The position numbers were made by a program, and so were the translations under genes. From Candidatus Sumerlaeaceae bacterium (GTDB taxonomy: Bacteria; Sumerlaeota; Sumerlaeia; Sumerlaeales; Sumerlaeaceae): DNA of 64,000 nucleotides. Positions 1 to 8,175 of this stretch are shown piece by piece; within the stretch, counting starts at the first letter, position 1, and every line of letters begins with the position of its first letter. Location of the stretch: assembly GCA_049968255.1 (NCBI GenBank), contig JBMFRB010000003.1, forward strand, positions 256,998 through 320,997. Direction: 5' to 3'. The notes under the pieces were generated by a model, which had not been told where the DNA came from, did not search any database, and saw only the letters and a list, made by a program, of their open reading frames with translations.

Positions 1-314
1 ATTCGTTCCTTTTGAATCGCCACGAATGCTTGCAGGTGTTTCGCGAGTGTCGGCACGCGGTGCAGCTCTTCCCAGAGATCTGCCCGCAAGCCTAAAGGAT
101 CAGTTGTCCGCCCCTCGCGCTCTAACCACATTCGGCGCCATAGAGGACCATGCCCCCCGCGTATTTGGTCGACCAACCGATCATGTTGCGCCACAGCATT
201 GGAAGCCTCGGCACGACGCTGCGGCTCAGTCACGGGGGGCTGTGCACCGACTGCGATGGTCAAGCTCAGTGCGCCGAGAAAGAGAAATGTCCTCCACGAA
301 TTTCGCTGGTTCAT
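1..314 (-). CDS. Secreted hypothetical protein, 3'-truncated at window edge (absent from ORF track)
   Basis: Manual translation from ATG at 314 gives MNQRNSWRTFLFLGALSLTIAVGAQPPVTEPQ..., open to position 1; Sec-type signal peptide; AGAGGA RBS upstream. Confidence 0.7.
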   Translation of the reverse strand, partial: MNQRNSWRTFLFLGALSLTIAVGAQPPVTEPQRRAEASNAVAQHDRLVDQIRGGHGPLWRRMWLEREGRTTDPLGLRADLWEELHRVPTLAKHLQAFVAIQKER

Positions 315-361
315 GTGCAATGCTTCCTCTCGCCGACTCTTCGGCTTCTTCGTAACAAACG

Positions 362-378
362 AGCACAACGTGTGCCAG
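362..378 (-). promoter_or_regulatory. Putative sigma54 (-24/-12) promoter for the 1..314 gene
   Basis: Minus strand CTGGCAC-ACGTT-GTGCT, exact GG-N10-GC spacing, about 50 bp upstream of the ATG. Confidence 0.55.
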
Positions 379-439
379 CCGAGCTGGTCGGTCTAAGGAG
401 GACAGGGTGGTGGGTTTTCTTGGCGGCTTCAATGGAAAA

Positions 440-853
440 TCAACGCCAGAGATCCGGATCACTCTCCTCGGGCAATCCTTCGATAAGTTGAGTTGCAGCC
501 TCGAGCAGCTCTTGAGAGTCTGTGAGAAGCCCCTCTAGGCGCTCACGAAGTTCTTGCGTGCTGGCGTGCAGAAGGGTGGTGGATATGAAGCCCTGCGTTG
601 TAGGCGAGTGGGCACGAAGTGCCAAAAAACGCATACTCTGGAAACGGGGATCGAATTCCGGATTCATAGCTCGCACGGCCATCTCCAGCACCACTTCCGA
701 TTCGCTGCCGTTGAGCGACGAGCGATGCCTTACGCGCCGCGCGGCTACTAAATCCGGAAACAATCCCGCCTGCGCCACAAACTCGCCGTATTTCGAAACG
801 AGCTCGTGGAGCATCTCCCGGATGGCATTGTTCAGTGTCATCGCTTCCGCCAT
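440..853 (-). CDS. Hypothetical protein (137 aa)
   Basis: ATG start, protein-like composition, divergent from truB; no recognised motif. Confidence 0.6.
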   Translation of the reverse strand: MAEAMTLNNAIREMLHELVSKYGEFVAQAGLFPDLVAARRVRHRSSLNGSESEVVLEMAVRAMNPEFDPRFQSMRFLALRAHSPTTQGFISTTLLHASTQELRERLEGLLTDSQELLEAATQLIEGLPEESDPDLWR

Positions 854-965
854 AAAGCAACAAGCAAATAGGCTGGCGTCTAGTAGCTATTCACAGGCGG
901 GCTGGAACTTTTCTGCTTGTGTGCTGAATGCGAAGCCAGCAGGGCGCGTAAGCTAAACGCGTTCT

Positions 966-2039
966 ATGAAGCGAAACATCAGGCGCCACGAAGCCGAACT
1001 CGCGGGTGTGCTTCCCGTTTGGAAGGAACCAGGGCCAACCTCGCACGATGTGGTGGATATGGTGCGGCGTGCCGCAAAAATGCGGCAGGTCGGCCATACG
1101 GGCACGCTTGACCCGGCTGCCGAAGGACTGCTCGTGCTGTGCCTCGGCCCCTACACCAAGCTTGCGCCCTTTCTTATGGATACCGATAAGGAATACCGCG
1201 GTTATTTTTGCCTCGGCGCGGAAACAGACACCGACGACGTCGAAGGGACAGTGATCCAGCTCGGGCAACTGCAAAACGTGACGGCGCAGCGTTTGCACGA
1301 GACTGCCGATCAATTTTTGGGCGAGATCGAGCAAGTCCCGCCGCGTTTTTCTGCCGTAAAGCGCGACGGCAAAAAGCTCTATGAATTGGCGCGGGCCGGC
1401 AAGGATGTGCACGCCGAGCCGCGGCGCGTGAAAATTTACGAGTTCGAAATCGGACCTCCAGAGCCGTGCGAACTTCCGGCGCAAATGCTCCAGCGCACAA
1501 GCGACGAAACCATGCGTGCGGCACTCGAAAACGTACGGCCGCACCTTGTGCGCGTACCATTTCGTACGCGCGTTTCCAGCGGTACCTACGTCCGATCATT
1601 GGCGCGCGACCTCGGGCGTGCTCTGGGCTGTCGCGCCTTTCTCCTGTCTCTCGAAAGGACCGCCACCGGTGTCTTTACCGTTGAACATGCGCTGCCGATG
1701 CACGAACTTGAATCAGCCACGCCCGAGCAGCTTGACGAATGGCTCGTGCGTGGAATCGAGGTCATCGATCGCAGCAAATATCCTGTACTCCATCTCCTGC
1801 CGGCCTATGCTTCGCGGCTGGCGCAGGGCCAGCCTCTGCTCAACACCATGTTCGAGGAGATGGACGAAGCAGGCGAAGTGCCCAGCGGCATGATCTGCGC
1901 CGTGACCGATGAGGTGGGCGGAATTCTCGCCATGGTCCAGGCACAAAGATTAGAAAAGCTCCAGCGCAAGAATCCTTACGCTGGAGCCAAAATCGCAGGC
2001 TTTCGCCCAATCCGCATTTTTCCCGGCGGATTGCGATAA
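966..2039 (+). CDS. truB: tRNA pseudouridine(55) synthase
   Basis: KEPGPTSHD, VGHTGTLDPAAEG (catalytic Asp), QVPPRFSAVK, SSGTYVRSLARDLG. Confidence 0.96.
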   Translation: MKRNIRRHEAELAGVLPVWKEPGPTSHDVVDMVRRAAKMRQVGHTGTLDPAAEGLLVLCLGPYTKLAPFLMDTDKEYRGYFCLGAETDTDDVEGTVIQLGQLQNVTAQRLHETADQFLGEIEQVPPRFSAVKRDGKKLYELARAGKDVHAEPRRVKIYEFEIGPPEPCELPAQMLQRTSDETMRAALENVRPHLVRVPFRTRVSSGTYVRSLARDLGRALGCRAFLLSLERTATGVFTVEHALPMHELESATPEQLDEWLVRGIEVIDRSKYPVLHLLPAYASRLAQGQPLLNTMFEEMDEAGEVPSGMICAVTDEVGGILAMVQAQRLEKLQRKNPYAGAKIAGFRPIRIFPGGLR

Positions 2040-2095
2040 CTCCCCGCAAACTCTCCGCGGAACTGTCCGGCGGCGACGCCGCCCCTACCTTCACC

Positions 2096-2743
2096 TTAGG
2101 ACGAGGGGAAAGGAACGAAGCGGTCGAACCCCGTGTTCGGGCCGTAAGTAATGTCGCCGTTGCTCACGGTGCCGTTCGTCGGATCATAGGGTGTACCCGA
2201 ATCTGGGCCATCAGCGTCAGGGCCACGGCTGTGGAGACGATAGGGCCCATAATGTTGGGCTGCATACGCGAATGTTGGCGCATGGGGATCCGTCGCCAAC
2301 GCCTGAAGCGCATAGTTCCAGTTGACGTACATGTACTCGCGCACTTCGGGCGGCAGACTTGTCTTGTGGGCTGCGAAGGGATCCGTCGGCATGCTCGTGA
2401 TGTAACCGATCGGCGTAGTCAGTGGATTGCGGCCATCCCACGTTGTGTCAGGCACTCCGAAACCCGTCACTTGCCCGCCAAGGTGAAACTCGAGCGCTGC
2501 CTGGGGCACGTTCGAATAGTGGTAGGTTGGGTAGCCCCCATGGTCCACGGCGTAGGCCTCGAGTGCTGTCACCACTGTCTTCATGTCGGCCTTGGCACGC
2601 GAGGCTTTCGAGCGCACCTGGGCATCGAGGAAATTCACAAGCGCGATACCCGCGAGAATGGAAATGATCGCCACCACAATGAGGAGCTCAATGAGCGTAA
2701 ATGCCCGGCGGCGGCAAAGCGGTTGAAGCCTTTCCTCACGCAT
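2096..2743 (-). CDS. Type II secretion GspG-like pseudopilin / type IV prepilin
   Basis: RRA|FTLIELLIVVAIISILAGIA N-methylation motif; C-terminal SRGPD...YDPTNGTVSNGDI; GGAGGT RBS before ATG 2743. Confidence 0.88.
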   Translation of the reverse strand: MREERLQPLCRRRAFTLIELLIVVAIISILAGIALVNFLDAQVRSKASRAKADMKTVVTALEAYAVDHGGYPTYHYSNVPQAALEFHLGGQVTGFGVPDTTWDGRNPLTTPIGYITSMPTDPFAAHKTSLPPEVREYMYVNWNYALQALATDPHAPTFAYAAQHYGPYRLHSRGPDADGPDSGTPYDPTNGTVSNGDITYGPNTGFDRFVPFPSS

Positions 2744-2819
2744 AATCGTTACCTCCACACTTTGTTTTAGCAACAAAGACGAAATGATGACAACAAAGAT
2801 AGACGGCCGTCAAAGATGA

Positions 2820-3260
2820 CTAAGGAGCAAAACGTGGGCCGAGATGATAGAGCATGAGGTAAATGACTACGCCCGTGACCGACACATAGAGCCAAAGCGG
2901 GGCCAGCCAACGCGCTAAACGCTTGTGTTTTTCGTATTTACATTGAATTGCCCAGATAACCGCCGTGAGAATCAGGGGCACAATCACCGCCGCCAGAACG
3001 GTGTGCGTCAGCAAAATTATCAAATAGAGTGTTCGGATTAGGGACGGTGCCACAAACCGCGTTGTTCCGTGCACGCTGTGATAAGTGAGATAACCGGTCA
3101 GAAACAGGGCAGAGCAGACAAGGGCGGCCACCATGAGTGCAATGTGAGCTTTCCGAACACCACGGCGAATCGCAATCCAGCCACTCACTGCCAAAATGGC
3201 AGATGTCGCGTTGAGACATGCGTTCAAGCCCGGTAAAGAACCAATAAAATTCTCACTCAT
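2820..3260 (-). CDS. DUF420 family membrane protein (CtaM/YozB-like)
   Basis: LNACLN, four TM helices, ILLTHTVLA, HKRLARW..PLWLYVSVTGVVIYLMLY; follows SCO. Confidence 0.88.
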   Translation of the reverse strand: MSENFIGSLPGLNACLNATSAILAVSGWIAIRRGVRKAHIALMVAALVCSALFLTGYLTYHSVHGTTRFVAPSLIRTLYLIILLTHTVLAAVIVPLILTAVIWAIQCKYEKHKRLARWLAPLWLYVSVTGVVIYLMLYHLGPRFAP

Positions 3261-3934
3261 CCAGCAGATTTCTCTTTTCGCAATGCTAAAATGGCCTCTT
3301 GCAGTTTCTTGATCTCGTTGGAATCCAGCCCGTCATAGTAGCCGCGAATTCGGCCCCTGCGATCAATAAGCACAAACTTGCTGCTGTGAATAATGGGTTC
3401 ATTGTCGGGCGCCGCCCCCGGTGCGGGCTGATCCTCGACTCCTAATTTGAACCCTCCGCGTATGAACTTGTAAATCGTCGCCTTGTCGCCTGTGCAGAAG
3501 GACCAGCGCCATGGATCGTAATCGTAGCGCAGCGCGTAGTCCTGCAAAGTGGCGGTGGTGTCGTGTTCCGGATCCACGCTGAGCGAGAAAAGCAACACGT
3601 CGTCAATTTTTTGTTTGTTTAGCCACCGCTGAAGCTCGCGCATTGCCGCTGTCATGCGTGGGCATTGTCCACCGCAGCGCGTGAAGATGAAGTCCGCCAC
3701 CCAAAGCGTACCGCCAAAGGTGCTCTTCGTCACAGGCTCGCCTCGTTCATTGAGAAAGCTAAATTCCGGCACTTCGCCAAAGACTTCGAGCGGTGCTTGC
3801 GTCGGACGGGTGCGTTGTCGGATCGCAGCAGCGAGAAGCAAAGCCAGCACAGCCGCTGCTAGCGTAAGGGCCAGTCCCCATGGAATGGGCACACGGGGCG
3901 GGGTCATTGGTTTGGCGTCGTGGTTCTCCGACAT
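3257..3934 (-). CDS. SCO1/SenC copper chaperone
   Basis: N-terminal TM, FIFTRCGGQCP (CxxxC), SVDPEHDT, IIHSSKFVLID. Confidence 0.93.
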   Translation of the reverse strand: MSENHDAKPMTPPRVPIPWGLALTLAAAVLALLLAAAIRQRTRPTQAPLEVFGEVPEFSFLNERGEPVTKSTFGGTLWVADFIFTRCGGQCPRMTAAMRELQRWLNKQKIDDVLLFSLSVDPEHDTTATLQDYALRYDYDPWRWSFCTGDKATIYKFIRGGFKLGVEDQPAPGAAPDNEPIIHSSKFVLIDRRGRIRGYYDGLDSNEIKKLQEAILALRKEKSAG

Positions 3935-4674
3935 GCCATCCTCCAGGCAAACACAAAACTCAAGATGCCGAATGCAACGAGGAGCACAAGAGGCCCCATC
4001 AGGCTCTGATCTGACGTTATCCCTAACGCGTGTGCCAAAAGCCGGTGGGCATAGCTAAGCGGGTCGAGCGCCATGGCCCACCTAATGAAAGGCGAAGCTC
4101 CGGGAGCCGGGAAAAGAGCTCCTGAAAATAGCCACATCGGGAACAAAACGAGATTCATGATGCCATGGAATCCCGGAATTGAATCAATGCGCCACGCGAA
4201 GCCAACTCCAACAGCCGAAAGAGCCAAGCTTGCCAAAAGCAGCACTCCCGAGACGCTCAAAACGGTGGAAACGTCTAATGTCCCAATGACGGGCAAGGCT
4301 AGCAGCAGGAGCAACACCGATTGGCTGACGGCAAGAAAAGCTCCGCCGAGAACTTTCCCGGCTACCACAGCACCGCGGCTGACCGGTGCAACAAGCACCC
4401 CCTGCAGAAAGCCCTCGCGGCGATCTTCGATGAGCGAGATGGCACCGAAAATTGAGGAGAAAAGCACCACCATGAGAAGGGCACCAGGAAAGAAATAACG
4501 CTGGAATCCTCCCGCTAGGCCCGGCATTTGAAAGGAGGTGCCTAGCCCGGCCCCAAGCACAAGCCAGAACAGCAAGGGCGTCCCGACGGCGGCTGCAACG
4601 CGGCTTCGCTGCCGGAAGAAACCGACGATCTCTCTGTGAGCTAAGGCCCATGTCGCCATCAGGTCGTCTCTCAT
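3904..4674 (-). CDS. ABC-2 type exporter permease
   Basis: About 6 TM helices, DRREGFLQGVLVAPVSR, PMWLFSGALFP; 4-bp overlap with the ATPase. Confidence 0.9.
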   Translation of the reverse strand: MRDDLMATWALAHREIVGFFRQRSRVAAAVGTPLLFWLVLGAGLGTSFQMPGLAGGFQRYFFPGALLMVVLFSSIFGAISLIEDRREGFLQGVLVAPVSRGAVVAGKVLGGAFLAVSQSVLLLLLALPVIGTLDVSTVLSVSGVLLLASLALSAVGVGFAWRIDSIPGFHGIMNLVLFPMWLFSGALFPAPGASPFIRWAMALDPLSYAHRLLAHALGITSDQSLMGPLVLLVAFGILSFVFAWRMACRRTTTPNQ

Positions 4675-5708
4675 GGCGCGTCCTCGCTGTCGGCCTGCTC
4701 AACGTCGCAGGCGCGACCCGTTGCATGGATGAACACATCCTCCAGCGTGGGCTGGGCAAGCATGACAGTGGAAACAAGGCCCCTGTTTTTTTCCACCAAC
4801 TCGACAATAAATCGCGACGAGTGGCCATTCATCGCCTTGGGCAATTCAATACGCAGCCGTCCCTTGATCAACTGTGGCGTCAGTCCCCACGTTGTGCGTA
4901 CTCGCTCGGTGATGAGTGCGGGATCAGAGGACGTTACCCACAAGACGTGGCCGCCTACCTGCGCAATCAGCTCGGCTGGGCGTCCTTGCGCAACAGTCTG
5001 GCCGCGATCTAAAATCACCACCTCATCACAAAGCTCACCTTCATCGAGCAAATGGGTGGTGAGCAGCACACTCAATCGCTCAGCCTCACACAGCCGGCGG
5101 ATGTATTCCAGCAGTTTATGCCGGCTCGTGACGTCCAATCCAGTGGTCGGCTCGTCGAGGACGAGCACGCGGGGCCCAGGAAGGAGCGCCTTGGCGATCT
5201 CCACGCGGCGTTGAAGTCCCCCAGAGAGAGTTCGCACAAATTCGTCGGCGCGATCCGTGATTTCACACACTGCAAGCGCATGTTCAATGCGTTTGGCAAG
5301 TTCCCTGCCGCGTAAACCATAAAGCAGACCGTGATAAGACAAATTCTCTCGCACAGTAAGCCGCTTGTCCAGGCTAGGCGACTGAAAAACCACTCCCAGG
5401 CAGCGCCTCACGTCGCGGGTATGATGGCGCGTGTCGAGGCCGAGCACGCGGATTGTGCCACCCTGTGGGAAATCCAGCGTGGCCACGAGACGGAGCAATG
5501 TGGACTTGCCGCTCCCGTTCGGACCCAACAAACCGCAGAGTTTGCCGGCTGGCAGCGAAAGGGAGAAATTGGAAAAAATACGTCGCTGCCCGTAAGCGAA
5601 TTCTACGGCCTGGGCGGCCACCGCCCATTCCTCCGATACGTGGTCATCGCTGGGTATTCCTGCGCCGCGATGCTGCGTCGCGCTTGCCTGTCTCGCCAAA
5701 TTCATCAT
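4671..5708 (-). CDS. ABC exporter ATP-binding protein (DrrA/NodI-like)
   Basis: GPNGSGKST, LSGG, VLDEPTTGLD, TTH, C-terminal PTLEDVF; start set at the ATGA overlap with ctaB. Confidence 0.92.
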   Translation of the reverse strand: MMNLARQASATQHRGAGIPSDDHVSEEWAVAAQAVEFAYGQRRIFSNFSLSLPAGKLCGLLGPNGSGKSTLLRLVATLDFPQGGTIRVLGLDTRHHTRDVRRCLGVVFQSPSLDKRLTVRENLSYHGLLYGLRGRELAKRIEHALAVCEITDRADEFVRTLSGGLQRRVEIAKALLPGPRVLVLDEPTTGLDVTSRHKLLEYIRRLCEAERLSVLLTTHLLDEGELCDEVVILDRGQTVAQGRPAELIAQVGGHVLWVTSSDPALITERVRTTWGLTPQLIKGRLRIELPKAMNGHSSRFIVELVEKNRGLVSTVMLAQPTLEDVFIHATGRACDVEQADSEDAP

Positions 5709-6622
5709 CCAATACGATCCACAAGCATGAGGGAAAAAAGCAGTGCGTGATAAGCTAGCGAGCCAAAAAAGACCCAGTAGGCGCGTCGAATTGACGGAAG
5801 CCGCATCCAATGCCAGCTCAAGCTGAGTAAACCTAGGCCTAGCACAAGCGCCCCCAACAGATACCACACGCCGCAAAGCTGGGCCACGGCCGGCCCCACG
5901 CTGCTGGCCAGCAAAGCAGCCGAATAAAGCAGAGTCTGACGCGACGACATAGCTCCCGAAGCATCGAACACCGTGAGCATGGGCATGCCCGCCTGGGCAT
6001 AATCGTCGCGATAAATCCAGCCAATGGAAATAAAATGAGGGAGCTGCCAAAAAAACATGATAATAAAGAGACTCATTGCGCCAAAATCGAGGGAATGTTG
6101 GGCAGCTGCCCAGCCAATGAGCGTGGGCATGGCGCCCGGGACTGCGCCAACAATGGTGCTGAGCGACGTAACACGCTTGAGAGGGGTGTAAACGCCCGCG
6201 TACAGGAAAATGGTAAGAGCTAGCAACATGGCAGCGAGGGCATGAGTCGTCACACTAAGCAGCGAGACCCCAGCCGCCGAACTTCCCAGCGCAAAGGCGA
6301 GCGCAAAAGAGGGCGACAGCCGCCCACTAGGCAGAGGGCGATTGCGCGTGCGGTTCATCACGCTATCGAGATCACGCTCAATGTACTGGTTCGCAGCACT
6401 TGCTCCTGCCGCTCCGAGCATGCAGCCCAGCAGCAGAAAGGTAAGCCTCAAATAGTTCACTTCTGCCGGTGAGGCCAGGACAAAGCCCACCCCGGCCGTG
6501 AAAGCTGTGAGCAGAACGATGCGCAGCTTGGCGAGCTCCGCGACGTCCGCAACCAACGTCGCGTGCGCTACGTGGGTCATCGTTTCGGGATTTGGCGCGC
6601 GACCACTCATTCTCACGTACAA
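5705..6622 (-). CDS. ctaB: Protoheme IX farnesyltransferase (heme O synthase)
   Basis: NQYIERDLDSVMNRTRNRPLPSGR, YTPLKR, GAVPGAMP, FFWQLPHF, DDYAQAGMPML; start may be ATG 6610. Confidence 0.95.
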   Translation of the reverse strand: MYVRMSGRAPNPETMTHVAHATLVADVAELAKLRIVLLTAFTAGVGFVLASPAEVNYLRLTFLLLGCMLGAAGASAANQYIERDLDSVMNRTRNRPLPSGRLSPSFALAFALGSSAAGVSLLSVTTHALAAMLLALTIFLYAGVYTPLKRVTSLSTIVGAVPGAMPTLIGWAAAQHSLDFGAMSLFIIMFFWQLPHFISIGWIYRDDYAQAGMPMLTVFDASGAMSSRQTLLYSAALLASSVGPAVAQLCGVWYLLGALVLGLGLLSLSWHWMRLPSIRRAYWVFFGSLAYHALLFSLMLVDRIG

Positions 6623-6627
6623 GTCTC

Positions 6628-7623
6628 CTATGAAGCCGTCCGGCGTGCGACCGGTGCGACACGCCGCAATGCCAACGCTGACAACACTGTCAAAGCGAGA
6701 ATTGCCGCACCCAAAGCCACATGCCCCACGCTCACGCCCACGTGATGCAGACGCGCAAGCTCCGGCTCAGGGCGTGCGCGATTGGCGAAGACGGCTGCCC
6801 CGCCCAAGAGCATCTGGAGAATGACTATCCCGCTCAGCGCCAGCAAAGCGCGCCGAAGAAACCTCAGCTCGGCAAATTGGCCCAGCACTCGGAGCGTTAG
6901 AAAAAAGATAAAACCCGCCACAATGACAGCTCCGGCGATGTGAAAAATCAGATGCGGAGTAAAACCGCTTTGCGAGTGCCGAAGCCCCGCCCCTAATAAC
7001 AGCTGGATAAAAACAAGCCAGGCCGCAACGGTCATTTGCCGGCGAATACTCACGATGTGGGGGAAATGGGAAAGATCCTTCGCCGTTCGCCACCATCGGC
7101 TTGTGACCAGCGCCAACCCCATCATCGTGGCCAGGTAGCTTTGCCCTAAAACTCCGTGCACCACCGACACGTACGGATTGCGCAAGGAATGAATGACAAG
7201 CCCCCCGACGGCAGCCTGCGCCGCAACAAGGGCGACGGCAAACCATGCAAATTTTTTCACCGCGCGCGAGACGTCGGCAAGCGAAAGGGCAATGGCCTGA
7301 AGCAGCGTGGCCAAGCCCGTCACCGCTGCTAAAACTCTATGGGAATCCTCAAAGACAAGGCCACCAATAAAAGTCTCTTTTGTCGGAAAAGGTTGGCCGA
7401 CAAAGGCTGGCCACGTAGGATCCGAAAGAGCAGCCTTCATGCTGGTGACGAGCGAACCGGCCACGAGCAACACATAGGTGAGGATCGCCGTGGATTTCGT
7501 CATGAGCCCCAGCAGACGGGCCTTGTGGTCCCAGGCAAGAGCGACAGACCCACCACCTGGATCGGAGGCGAGTCCAGAACCCGGAATTCTCTCGGAGGCG
7601 AAGGCGGATATCTCACCTCTCAT
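6628..7623 (-). CDS. ctaA: Heme A synthase, COX15/CtaA family
   Basis: About 8 TM helices; EDSHR, VVHGVLGQ, QLLLGAGLRH, FHIAGA, GHVALG His pattern; adjacent to ctaB; start uncertain. Confidence 0.82.
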   Translation of the reverse strand: MRGEISAFASERIPGSGLASDPGGGSVALAWDHKARLLGLMTKSTAILTYVLLVAGSLVTSMKAALSDPTWPAFVGQPFPTKETFIGGLVFEDSHRVLAAVTGLATLLQAIALSLADVSRAVKKFAWFAVALVAAQAAVGGLVIHSLRNPYVSVVHGVLGQSYLATMMGLALVTSRWWRTAKDLSHFPHIVSIRRQMTVAAWLVFIQLLLGAGLRHSQSGFTPHLIFHIAGAVIVAGFIFFLTLRVLGQFAELRFLRRALLALSGIVILQMLLGGAAVFANRARPEPELARLHHVGVSVGHVALGAAILALTVLSALALRRVAPVARRTAS

Positions 7624-7975
7624 CGGCGAGCCTCGCAGACGTAGTTCTTGCGTATCTCGTACGTTCGTGTCGTCGCTGTGTAGACACTTTGAGGAGCCCT
7701 GTCTCAAATCTTGCTCGCGTGGCTCGGGCCATGGGGTGCAACCTAGGAGTTGAGAGCCACGATCGCCGCACTGCGGCAATGTTTATTGTTGACTACAAAA
7801 GAAGATCGTATTTTATCGGTACTATTTTCAAGTCTTCACAAGGTTTGCCTCTTTTTTCTCACCGATCCGGATGTCATGCGCGACGGATTTGGCTGAGAAA
7901 TCCTTTGTCAACGAGAGGATCAGTTTGGGAAATCCACGCCACAACTCATGGAAAATGAATAATCTTAGCCAATTT

Positions 7976-7989
7976 TTGGATCGATCTAA
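7976..7989. promoter_or_regulatory. Possible LacI-family operator upstream of the amylase
   Basis: Near-perfect CG-centred palindrome TTGGATCGATCTAA in the AT-rich divergent intergenic region. Confidence 0.35.
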
Positions 7990-8175
7990 TTTTCTCTTGC
8001 TTTTGAATCTGCCTTTCTGGTTTTATCTGAACGATAGCTTGCCATACGGGGTTCTATCGCGGCGCAAACAGCAGCAGCAATTTTCTTAGGTGGTCGAGAA
8101 AAGCGAGGCTTTGCCCTGCAGCGACGTTCACCGTATCCCAGCTCCAGGTTAAAACGTGAAAGAAAGACCCTAACG

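Noticed and set aside
26-491. Plus-strand ORFs at the window start
   Set aside because: Antisense to the better-supported minus-strand signal-peptide ORF at 1..314
5709-6050. Long N-terminal extensions in the ORF track (ABC ATPase; likewise SBP, GH38, TPR, beta-CASP, cydB, hpt)
   Set aside because: They overlap neighbouring genes or promoters; downstream starts have an RBS or ATGA coupling
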